NCBI GenBank assembly: GCA_963674865.2
Contig: CAXXYE010000009.1
Span: 704,001-768,000 of the forward strand
Direction of reading: 5' to 3'
Source of the DNA: Candidatus Hydrogenedentota bacterium
Lineage (GTDB): Bacteria; Hydrogenedentota; Hydrogenedentia; Hydrogenedentales; SLHB01
DNA length: 64,000 nt
A program made the translations under genes and the position numbers. Shown one piece after another: positions 10,481 to 18,901 of the stretch. Numbering within the stretch: the stretch's first letter is position 1; each line of letters starts with the position of its first letter. Under the pieces are notes generated by a model that was not told the origin of the DNA, did not search any database, and saw only the letters and a program-made list of their open reading frames with translations.

Positions 10481-10620
10481 ATGAAAAAGAGTACGGCTCA
10501 GTACGATTTCTTTGTCTCTTATGCGGTGGCCGATAATTATCCTGCGACGACAGGACGGCCAGGTTAAGCCACGGTTTCGTGGCGCCGCTTATTGAGGAAC
10601 ACCAGATAACCTCATTATAG
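10481..10620 (+). pseudogene. Decayed N-terminal fragment of a TIR-domain gene
   Basis: ATG 10481 reads MKKSTAQYDFFVSYAVADNYPATTGRPG* (TAA 10565-10567, where the conserved GW Trp is expected). After a frameshift it continues FVAPLIEEHQ. YDFFVSYAxxDN...GWVxxFV is a characteristic TIR beta-A/alpha-A start. Confidence 0.65.
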
Positions 10621-10632
10621 GAGAAAGGCAAC

Positions 10633-11268
10633 ATGCTCCCTGGCCCCACGATCATCCGCGAATGCCCTGAATGCGGCCAGCCTATCAAGCAATGGACGCT
10701 GCTGTCGGGGAACGCGTTCGGGGCGAGATTCTGGACGGATGGAAAGCCGGATGCGCCGATGCTGCCGGCCTATCCGCGGTTGGTGAAATGCCCGCAATGC
10801 AAACAGCCTTTCTGGCTCGATGAGGCAGCGGAAGTCGGTGTCATCGAGGAATATGGCCGCGACGCCGATGATTTTGACGGCGCCCTGGCATACGACACTT
10901 TGACAAAGGCTGATTATCTGACCTTCCTGAAAATGACGTATTTGCCCGCCGAAAAGGAGCGTTACGTGCGGCAAATGGCGTGGTGGTGCGGCAATGATCC
11001 ATTTCGTGAAGGAGGTTCAAGAGAGAGGGAGCGCTTCTCGCCGAACGAGGAGGCGAACTTGGCGGCTCTGTCTGAACTCCTCGACGAGGGGGATCCAAAC
11101 CAACGGCTCATGAAAGCCGAGATCGCCCGGGAACGCGGCAAGTTTGACGACGCGCTACAACTACTACAAGCTCATTTCAGTGAAGAACTCGCAACAGTGG
11201 CGGACGCCATCCGCAGACTATGCATCTCCAAGTCCTCGCGTGTGGCCGAGATACATTTTGGTGAATAG
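10633..11268 (+). CDS. Zinc-ribbon protein (two CxxC) with C-terminal helical/TPR-like region; remotely DUF2225-like
   Basis: RBS GGAGAAAGG; CPECG and CPQCK pairs; SGNAFGARFWTDGK motif; C-terminal LMKAEIARERGKFDDALQLL helix pair. Confidence 0.7.
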   Translation: MLPGPTIIRECPECGQPIKQWTLLSGNAFGARFWTDGKPDAPMLPAYPRLVKCPQCKQPFWLDEAAEVGVIEEYGRDADDFDGALAYDTLTKADYLTFLKMTYLPAEKERYVRQMAWWCGNDPFREGGSRERERFSPNEEANLAALSELLDEGDPNQRLMKAEIARERGKFDDALQLLQAHFSEELATVADAIRRLCISKSSRVAEIHFGE

Positions 11269-11402
11269 CGGCGCCTAGGGGGGGTATTTCTCATCTGTAG
11301 CAAGCCGGCTTCGACGTCGGGGCGCCGAGGAGGACGCTTCACGACAGAGGCCGCGAAAACCAGGCGGCATATAGGCAGAAGAGCACGGGAGTTCTATTCG
11401 CG

Positions 11403-14400
11403 ATGAACCAGACGAAGTCCGAAAGGCCCGCCCGAGCGCCCAGCGACCGCGCCATCCGCGTGTTTGTGTCGTCAACCTTCCGCGATATGCAGGAGGAGCG
11501 CGACTACCTCGTGAAACATGTCTTTCCGCGTCTGCGCCGCCTGTGTGAAGAACGCTTTGTAACGTGGAGCGAGGTGGACTTGCGTTGGGGCGTCACTGAA
11601 GAGGCGGCGGCGGAAGGCAAGGTCCTGCCCATCTGCCTGGCGGAGATCCACAATTGCCGGCCCTACTTCATCGGACTCCTTGGCGAACGCTACGGCTGGG
11701 TGCCCGAGGAGATCTCTGAGGAGCTGATCGAGCAGGAACCTTGGCTGGCGGAGCACCGGGAACGCTCGGTTACGGAACTCGAAATCCTCCACGGTGTGTT
11801 GAACAATCCGGCCATGGCGGGCCACGCGTATTTCTACTTCCGCGCTCCGGCCTATGTCGAGCACCTGCCGGAGGGCTTGCGCGCCGAACACGCCGAGGCC
11901 GCAAGCGAGTCCGAAGTCCGGCGCTTCGGTGCGGAGGAAGCTGAACGGCGCCTCAAGGATAGGCGCGAGAAGCTCCGGGCGCTCAAGGAGCGAATTCGCC
12001 GAGAATCAGCCGCGCGCAACATGCCTTTGCATGAGGACTATCCGAATCCCGAGGCGCTCGGTGAACTTATCTTCCAGGATTTCCAGCGCCTCATTGACGA
12101 TCTCTTCCCCGAGAAAGAAGTACCGGACGCCCTGGAGCGTGAAGCGGCCGATCACGAGGCCTTTGCCCGCAGTCGTGCCGGCGTGTACATCGGCCGCTCC
12201 GAATACTTCGACTTCCTCGACGCCCACGCCGGCGCGGCCGAAGGCCCGCCCTTGGTGGTGCTCGGGGAATCAGGCGGCGGGAAGTCGGCGCTCCTGTCCA
12301 ATTGGGCGTTTCGCTGGCGCAGCACCCACCCGCGCGACCTCGTGCTGATGCACTTCATCGGCTCTTCGCCGGCCAGCGCAGACTGGGCCGCCATGCTGCG
12401 CCGCATCCTGGGCGAATTCAACCGCCGGCTGGATCTGGGAGTCGAGATTCCCGACGAGCCGGAAGACCTACGTGCAGCTTTCACCAACGCCCTGCACATG
12501 GCGTCGGCGCAGTGCCACGGCAAAGGCTTCGAGCGTGTCGTATTGATCCTCGACGGGCTGAATCAACTGGAGGACCGCGATCAGGCGCCCGATTTGGCCT
12601 GGTTGCCGCCCGTCATTCCGGAAAACGTGCGGATGCTTCTGTCGACCTTGCCCGGGCGCCCTCTCGAGGAGCTAACGCGGCGCCAATGGCCCACGATGCG
12701 CGTGGAGCCGCTCAGGGACACGGAGCGTAAGCGCTTCATTCGGGACTACTTGAGGCAATACACCAAGGAACTGAGCGCAGCGCGCGTGGAGCACATCGCC
12801 GCCGATGCCGAGGCGGAGAATCCGCTGTATCTGCGCGCACTACTCGAGGAACTCCGCGTCTTCGGCGTGCATGAAGCGCTTGACGAACGCATCAACTGGT
12901 ATCTCGAAACGGACAGCGTGCCCGAGCTGTATGCTCGCATTCTGCAGCGCTGGGAAGAGGACTACAATCCGCCGGAACGCAATCTTGTACGAGAGGCCAT
13001 GGAGAAACTCTGGGCGGCGCGCCGCGGCCTGAGCGAAGCGGAGTTGCTTGAGCTTCTCGGCAAGGACGGCGAGCCCCTGCCCGCGGCCCAATGGGCGCCG
13101 CTCTATCTCGCGGCGCGGGAATCCCTCGTCGAGCGCTCAGGCCTCATCGGTTTCTTCCATGACTACCTCCGCGAGGCCGTCCACATGCGGTACCTAGCCG
13201 AGGGAAAGGCGCAAGCTACCGCGCACCGGCGCCTTGCGGCGTACTTCGCCAAACAAGAGATCGCCCCGAGGCGTATCGACGAGGAGCCATGGCAATGGAT
13301 GCAGGCTCAGGAGTGGGACGCGTTGTACAACCTTCTGGCCGACCTGCCGTTCTTCGCCGCCGCTTTGCATTTCGACAAGCAGGAGGTCCTGCTCTACTGG
13401 GCCGCTGTGGAATCCAATACGTCCAAGAGTAAAGCCGAGGCCTATCGAGTCGTCATCGAGTCGCCTGACAAATACGAAAGCTTGGCTACTAACGTCGCGT
13501 TCTTGTTGAGAGACACAGGCCTCCTCCGTGAAGCAAAGCAATTACACGAGAATCAGATCCGCTTCTATCGCGGGCAGGGTGATATGAAAAAGCTGCAGAT
13601 TGCCTTGGGCAACGAGGCAATCCTCCTCTATAGCCTGGGCGACCTGGATCGCGCCATGGCAATACACAAGGCGGGGGAAGGCTTCTGGCGTGAGCGGAAT
13701 GCCGACGACTTCCTGGCAATCTCTGTAGGCAGTCAAGCCAATATCCTTAAGGCCCGCGGCGACCTTGATGGTGCTTTGGCTCTTAATAAGGAGACGGAGC
13801 GCATCTTCCGCAGACTCGGCCTGAACAAAGGCCTATCGACATGCCTGGACAACCAGGGAAGAATCCTTCGGCTTCGTGGCGACCTTGACGGTGCCTTGGC
13901 TGTCCACCAGGAGGAGGAACGCATATGCCGCAAACTTGGCCTAAGGGATGGCCTGCAGTATTCCCTGGGATGCCAAGCGAACATTCTTTGTGAGCGCGGC
14001 GACCTCGATGGCGCCCTGGCCTTGCACAAAGATAGGGAGCGCATATGCCGAGAACTTGGCCTCAAGGAACACCTTCAGGAGTGCCTGGGAGACCAGGGAA
14101 GCATCTTCTACGCGCGCGGCGATCTTGATGGTGCTATGACTCTCTACGAGGAGGAAGAGCGTATATGCCGTGAACTTGGACTTCAGGACGACCTGCTTCT
14201 CTCCTTGAGCAAGCAATCGCAGGTTCTCTTCGACAGCGGCGATTCCGATGGCGCCTTTGCCTTGGAGAAAGATAGGGAGCGCATATGCCGAGAGTTCGGC
14301 CTCAAGGACAGGCTCGCCAATTCCCTGGGAATCCAAGCTGCCCACTTCTTTGAGCGTGACGATCTCAACGGTGCCATGACTCTCTACAAGGAGGAGGAGC

Positions 14401-15938
14401 ATCTATGCCGCGAACTTGACCTCAAGGATCGCCTCCAGCGTTGCTTGAGCCGTCAGGTGTTGATTCTCTACCGCGGCGGCGATCTTGACGGCGCCTTGGC
14501 CTTGCACAAAGATAGGGAGCATGTTTGCCGCGAACTCGGCCCCAGTGATAGTCTGGCTGATTGCTTAGGCTTTCGAGCTGCCTACCTCTTTGAGCGCGAC
14601 GACCTCGACGGTGCTATGACTCTTTACAAGGAGGAAGAGCAGCTGTGCCGTGAACTCAATCTCGAGAAGCGCCTCCAGCGTTGCTTGGTCGATCAGGCGC
14701 GAGTTCTGCATGAGCGAGGCGACCTTGAGGGGGCCATACTTCTACTCAGAGAAGCGGAGAGAATATGCCGCCGAATTGGCTCGAAGGACGAACTGTGTCT
14801 TTCGTTACAGCAGCAGGCCCTGACGCTTAAGGCGATGGGTGACCTCCAGGGCGCGCTTGCCAAGTACAGGGAAGAAGAACTGCTTTGCCAAGAGCTGGGC
14901 GAAGCGGACAAACTAAGGCAGTGTCTGTCTAATCAGGTCGCGTGTCTTGAGGAGCTCAATCGTTCTGAGCAAGCCTTGAAGGTGTCTGCGCGCGCCGTGG
15001 ATGTCAGCCGTTCCTTGGATGACAAGAACGCGCTGGCACTGGCACTGAGAAAACAAGGGGAGCTGCTGCGCCAGCTTGGACGTGGACAGGAGGCCGAGCC
15101 TTTGTTTGCTGAATGTCTTGAAATGGCCCGCATGTCGGATAATCCAGAAGCTCTCTGGCCTGCCTTGAGCGACTATGCCAACAGCCTGCTCGATTCAGGC
15201 AAATGGGAACAGTCCCTCGAAGTCAGTCGGGAGCAGGAGGTCGTATGCGCTGAACATGAGATTAGTGACGGCCTATGGCGGGCATGGAATGATGCAGCAG
15301 TTGCGCTGACGCGACTGGGCGAGTTCGATGAAGCGAAGGCCCTTCACGTTCGACAAGTGGCGCTCTGTGAGAAACTGGGGGATGCGGCAGGATGCAAGTT
15401 AGGCTACGAGAATCTCCTCTTATTGGCACAAACAACCGGAGACTTTCAGGAGCAAGTGCGCCAGCTTGGCAGGCTCGTTGAGCTGGCTCGTGCCTCGAAT
15501 GACAAGGCCGCGCTCGTTGGACGACTCAGTGATCTGAGCCGCCTCCTGCTCGGAAGCCAAACCGATCTGGAGCGCGCTGAGGACTTGATGCGCGAGCAGG
15601 AGCGTGTGGCGACGGAGATCGGTGACGAGCGGGCGCGGCTGATCGCCATCAACAATCGGGGCGAGGTCCTTCGCGCGTGGGGCCGCTACGAAGAAGCGCT
15701 CAGGCTTCATGCGGACTTGGAGAAGCAGGCGCGCGAAGCGGATGAGCCGTACGCGCTGTTGTATACTTTGGCAAACCGGGCCGAAATCCTGCTGGATCAT
15801 TTCGGGCGGTATGAAGAGGCGCTCGCGCTCGCGGAAGAAGCGGATCGCATCTACCGGGAGCACCGGTTCACCGACTGCGAAGGGTGGACGGAAGAACTCC
15901 TTGAGAAGGCGCGGGCGGGCCTGAAGAAGAGCGAATAG
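11403..15938 (+). CDS. DUF4062 - NACHT/STAND NTPase - TPR-repeat protein (TEP1/NPHP3/NWD-like architecture)
   Basis: DUF4062: IRVFVSSTFRDMQEERDYL...DLRWGV...CLAEIHNCRPYFIGLLGERYGWVP. Walker A GESGGGKS, Walker B VLILDGLNQL, NPLYL motif, FFHDYLREAV. Roughly 800 aa of 40-aa TPR repeats follow. Confidence 0.9.
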   Translation: MNQTKSERPARAPSDRAIRVFVSSTFRDMQEERDYLVKHVFPRLRRLCEERFVTWSEVDLRWGVTEEAAAEGKVLPICLAEIHNCRPYFIGLLGERYGWVPEEISEELIEQEPWLAEHRERSVTELEILHGVLNNPAMAGHAYFYFRAPAYVEHLPEGLRAEHAEAASESEVRRFGAEEAERRLKDRREKLRALKERIRRESAARNMPLHEDYPNPEALGELIFQDFQRLIDDLFPEKEVPDALEREAADHEAFARSRAGVYIGRSEYFDFLDAHAGAAEGPPLVVLGESGGGKSALLSNWAFRWRSTHPRDLVLMHFIGSSPASADWAAMLRRILGEFNRRLDLGVEIPDEPEDLRAAFTNALHMASAQCHGKGFERVVLILDGLNQLEDRDQAPDLAWLPPVIPENVRMLLSTLPGRPLEELTRRQWPTMRVEPLRDTERKRFIRDYLRQYTKELSAARVEHIAADAEAENPLYLRALLEELRVFGVHEALDERINWYLETDSVPELYARILQRWEEDYNPPERNLVREAMEKLWAARRGLSEAELLELLGKDGEPLPAAQWAPLYLAARESLVERSGLIGFFHDYLREAVHMRYLAEGKAQATAHRRLAAYFAKQEIAPRRIDEEPWQWMQAQEWDALYNLLADLPFFAAALHFDKQEVLLYWAAVESNTSKSKAEAYRVVIESPDKYESLATNVAFLLRDTGLLREAKQLHENQIRFYRGQGDMKKLQIALGNEAILLYSLGDLDRAMAIHKAGEGFWRERNADDFLAISVGSQANILKARGDLDGALALNKETERIFRRLGLNKGLSTCLDNQGRILRLRGDLDGALAVHQEEERICRKLGLRDGLQYSLGCQANILCERGDLDGALALHKDRERICRELGLKEHLQECLGDQGSIFYARGDLDGAMTLYEEEERICRELGLQDDLLLSLSKQSQVLFDSGDSDGAFALEKDRERICREFGLKDRLANSLGIQAAHFFERDDLNGAMTLYKEEEHLCRELDLKDRLQRCLSRQVLILYRGGDLDGALALHKDREHVCRELGPSDSLADCLGFRAAYLFERDDLDGAMTLYKEEEQLCRELNLEKRLQRCLVDQARVLHERGDLEGAILLLREAERICRRIGSKDELCLSLQQQALTLKAMGDLQGALAKYREEELLCQELGEADKLRQCLSNQVACLEELNRSEQALKVSARAVDVSRSLDDKNALALALRKQGELLRQLGRGQEAEPLFAECLEMARMSDNPEALWPALSDYANSLLDSGKWEQSLEVSREQEVVCAEHEISDGLWRAWNDAAVALTRLGEFDEAKALHVRQVALCEKLGDAAGCKLGYENLLLLAQTTGDFQEQVRQLGRLVELARASNDKAALVGRLSDLSRLLLGSQTDLERAEDLMREQERVATEIGDERARLIAINNRGEVLRAWGRYEEALRLHADLEKQAREADEPYALLYTLANRAEILLDHFGRYEEALALAEEADRIYREHRFTDCEGWTEELLEKARAGLKKSE
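13638..14957 (+). repeat. Intragenic tandem array of 11 x 120-bp (40-aa TPR) units
   Basis: The GDLDGA-type anchor recurs at 13638, 13758, 13878, 13998, 14118, 14238, 14358, 14478, 14598, 14718 and 14838. DNA-level similarity is visible (gcatatgccg...cttggcctcaagga; cttgcacaaagatagggagc repeated). Confidence 0.9.
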
Positions 15939-15953
15939 GAGCAATCACAAGGT

Positions 15954-17636
15954 ATGAGTTCGGTGCCTAACTTGCCGGGGGAGTCGGAAGCTCTTCCGAC
16001 CTTACCGCTTGTGATCGGCGTTACGGGCCACCGTGACATCCCGGATGCCGCACGCGCTCCGTTGCGCGCGGCAGTCGAAGATGAACTGGCCAGGCTACGC
16101 CGGCAGATGCCCAACACGCCGCTCATCTTACGATCAATGCTTGCGGAAGGGGCAGATTGGCTAGCCGTTCAGGCAGCGGCTGGAATGGGGATCCCTTTTG
16201 AAGTGGTCCTTCCCATGGCGCCTGAAGAATACGAGAAGGACTTTCAGGCAGCGCCCTCGCGCGAGCAATTCAGGGGGCTGCTGGCGCAGGCTCAGTATGT
16301 GCATGCCGCGCCCGCCGATGCCGAAGCGGAGGTCGGGCGCTCCGAGGACTACCGGGATTGCGGCAAGCGTATCGTCGGGCCGTGCCATGTGCTCTTGGCG
16401 TTGTGGGACGGCGTGGCAAACGGCCTCACCGGCGGGACGGCGGACATGGTGCGCTACAAGCGGGACATGTCCGAGGATGAGCCTAATTCCGAATGGGCTC
16501 CATTGATTCCCGGGCAAATCGTGCATATCACCACACCTAGAGCGAATGGGACTGGCGGCTCTGAGTATGGCGTCGAAACGCTGTACTCGCGGGGCATGAC
16601 GGCGCCCAAATGGCAAGACTTTACTCGGATGCTGGAGAGATACAACGCAGACATCCAGGTGCGCGGCGACGATTTTCAAGAGGCGTGGCGTCGGGAGAAA
16701 GACAAGCGCCGGGACTTGGTGCGGGCATCACAAGGCCTACTGCCGCTCTTGCGCAGATATCACGCCGCCGACCAACTCGCCATCAGCCTCAAGCGTGGCG
16801 TGGAGCGCGTGAATGCAGTCTACGTTGCATGTTGTCTTGTGCTGGGCGTCACGGGCGTTGTCTTCTTCAAAGTGAATCCGGCGGGCCAGGAACTTCTATT
16901 CCTGATCCCACTGTACGGACTGGTGTTCTTCACCGCATTGGGCGCATACCTGGCCGACAGATACCTTCAGATCAAGCGTCGTTTTGTCTTGGCGCGCAGT
17001 CTCGCGGAAATGCTAAGGGTGCGCTTCTTCTGGACGGCGGCCGGCATTCGGGCGCCTCGCCCGTCGCGGGCGCCGCCCAGCCAGATGGATCCTGACGAAT
17101 GGGACGCCTTGGCCGTGTCGGGAGCCCTTCCCTTGGCTTCCCCGCACCACGCCGTGTCGCTGGAGATGGTGATCCGCGACTGGGCGGAATACCAGCGAGA
17201 CTACTACCAGGCGAAACACGCCCAAGTTGCTGCCGTAAACACGCGACTCAATCATCTCGCCCGGATCTCATTTGTCGGATTCTTGTATGTGCCCCTTGCC
17301 GTCCTTGAGGTGCCCCTCAGCAAGAGCCTGCGTAGCTTGAGTGAAACGGGGGCATTGGCCTTTGAGATAGCGGTGGCGATGGTCGGGATCGCACTTGTCG
17401 CGTTCGGTACAATCAAGAGTTACATGATCTTATCCGGACTCGAAATTCAGCACCTGGACTACATGACGCAGGCCGAGCAGTTTCAGTGGGCGGCACAGGA
17501 AGCGAAAAAGCTGGCGAAGATCGGGCGTCTTGACGAGATCAAGCCGCTCTTGCTGCAGTTGGGCAATCGGGCGCTGGTCGAGCAGAGCCTCTGGGCGCAC
17601 GAGCAGGCAAAGGGCGAGATTATGCCGCCTCGCTAG
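15954..17636 (+). CDS. SLOG-domain protein fused to two SLATT-like 2TM modules
   Basis: RBS AGGAG, 15 bp after the NACHT gene stop. SLOG motifs VIGVTGHRD, LAEGAD, VVLP...YEKDF, LLALWDG...GGTADMV. Then YHAADQLA + 2 TM + ARSLAEMLRV, and QRDYY + 2 TM + LGNRALVEQSLW, as in SLATT/DUF4231-type modules. Confidence 0.78.
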   Translation: MSSVPNLPGESEALPTLPLVIGVTGHRDIPDAARAPLRAAVEDELARLRRQMPNTPLILRSMLAEGADWLAVQAAAGMGIPFEVVLPMAPEEYEKDFQAAPSREQFRGLLAQAQYVHAAPADAEAEVGRSEDYRDCGKRIVGPCHVLLALWDGVANGLTGGTADMVRYKRDMSEDEPNSEWAPLIPGQIVHITTPRANGTGGSEYGVETLYSRGMTAPKWQDFTRMLERYNADIQVRGDDFQEAWRREKDKRRDLVRASQGLLPLLRRYHAADQLAISLKRGVERVNAVYVACCLVLGVTGVVFFKVNPAGQELLFLIPLYGLVFFTALGAYLADRYLQIKRRFVLARSLAEMLRVRFFWTAAGIRAPRPSRAPPSQMDPDEWDALAVSGALPLASPHHAVSLEMVIRDWAEYQRDYYQAKHAQVAAVNTRLNHLARISFVGFLYVPLAVLEVPLSKSLRSLSETGALAFEIAVAMVGIALVAFGTIKSYMILSGLEIQHLDYMTQAEQFQWAAQEAKKLAKIGRLDEIKPLLLQLGNRALVEQSLWAHEQAKGEIMPPR

Positions 17637-17892
17637 CATCTATGCCGCAAGTCATTCCATTGACGGTAAACTAGACACTCCTATCCGCGCTCCAATTCAT
17701 TGGAAATGGAGACATTCTTGGAATGGCCGGCCTCACTTGCCTGGTGAGTCGCCTCCAGAAAACGACGTCACGTCCAACCGCCGTGTGCGCAGCACAGTCA
17801 GCCTATCCGGCGATTGCGGTTCAGCATTGTCCTGTAAGGCTTCGGGGAACTCATGGTAAGATGGCCGCCCAAAGAGGCCCGGAGGTCATACC

Positions 17893-18819
17893 ATGCAGAT
17901 GAAGCGTCGTGAATTCCTTGGGGCCGCGCTCGCCGGGACCGCCGCCATACTAACCTCCGGCAAGACGCCGCTCGCGGCTCCCGTGGACGTCAGTCCGACA
18001 GCGGTTGTGCCGCTGGGAAAGACTCTGAAGGCCTGCCGCATTTCCTGCGGCACGGGAATGTCCGGCGCCAATCGGCAGTCGAACCAGACGCGGCTAGGAC
18101 AAGAGGCTTTCGAGGCTTTGCTGCAGCATGCTTATGACCACGGCGTGCGACAGTTTGACATGGCCGATATGTACGGCACGCACGCCTACGTGGGCCGCGT
18201 GTTGAAGGGCAAGCCGCGCGAGGAGGTCCAACTGGTTACCAAGATATGGACACGGCCCGGCGGCGTCCCAGAGGAAGAGCGGCCGCTGGCGGATGTTCTG
18301 GTGGAACGCTTTCTCAAGGAGTTGCAAACCGACTACATCGACGTTGTGCAGATCCACTGCATGACTGCTGCCGATTGGAATGTGAGCGAGCGCCGACAGA
18401 TGGATGCCATGGCGAAACTCAAGGAGAAGGGCCTGATTCGTGCGCACGGCGTGTCCATTCATTCTCTTGACGCCATGCGCGCGGCAGCGGAAGAGCCGTG
18501 GGTGGACGTCATCCACGCCCGCGTCAATCCCTTCGGGCATCGTACGGATGGTCCGATGGCGGAGGTCCTCCCCGTTCTGCGAAAGGCCCACGCCAATGGC
18601 AAAGGCATCATCGGCATGAAATTGATCGGCGAAGGCACCTTTGATGCCGAGCAGCGCAATAAGACACTGAAGTTTGTGATGGGACTTGACTGTGTAGACT
18701 GCCTCACCGTCGGTTTCGAGAAGCCTGCGGAGATCGACGCGTTCCTGGCCGGCGTTCGCGCCGAACTGGCCGCCCGTGCAGAGGGCGAAGACACTGTCTC
18801 CGTTTTGCGCCAAGGGTAG
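17893..18819 (+). CDS. Aldo/keto reductase with Tat-like leader
   Basis: RBS GGAGG; KRREFLGAALAG leader; FDMADMYG, LVTK, ELQTDYIDVVQIH, GLIRAHGVSIH, GIIGMK. Confidence 0.88.
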   Translation: MQMKRREFLGAALAGTAAILTSGKTPLAAPVDVSPTAVVPLGKTLKACRISCGTGMSGANRQSNQTRLGQEAFEALLQHAYDHGVRQFDMADMYGTHAYVGRVLKGKPREEVQLVTKIWTRPGGVPEEERPLADVLVERFLKELQTDYIDVVQIHCMTAADWNVSERRQMDAMAKLKEKGLIRAHGVSIHSLDAMRAAAEEPWVDVIHARVNPFGHRTDGPMAEVLPVLRKAHANGKGIIGMKLIGEGTFDAEQRNKTLKFVMGLDCVDCLTVGFEKPAEIDAFLAGVRAELAARAEGEDTVSVLRQG

Positions 18820-18901
18820 GGAGTCGGTCCTCGTTGGACACTTGTGCCGGCCAAAGATTTGCGGTCCACAGAACGTGGACTCCCATCCGGCGTCAAACCG
18901 C

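Noticed and set aside
13638..14957. Regularly spaced repeats considered as a CRISPR array or DGR template/variable repeats
   Set aside because: In-frame 120-bp coding repeats without unique spacers; no cas or reverse transcriptase gene; differences are not adenine-specific.
5216..17736. Possible att/direct repeats flanking the defence-like block (GGCCGGACTCA vs GGCCGGCCTCA)
   Set aside because: Only 11 bp with a mismatch, GC-rich, and no integrase or tRNA nearby; expected by chance.
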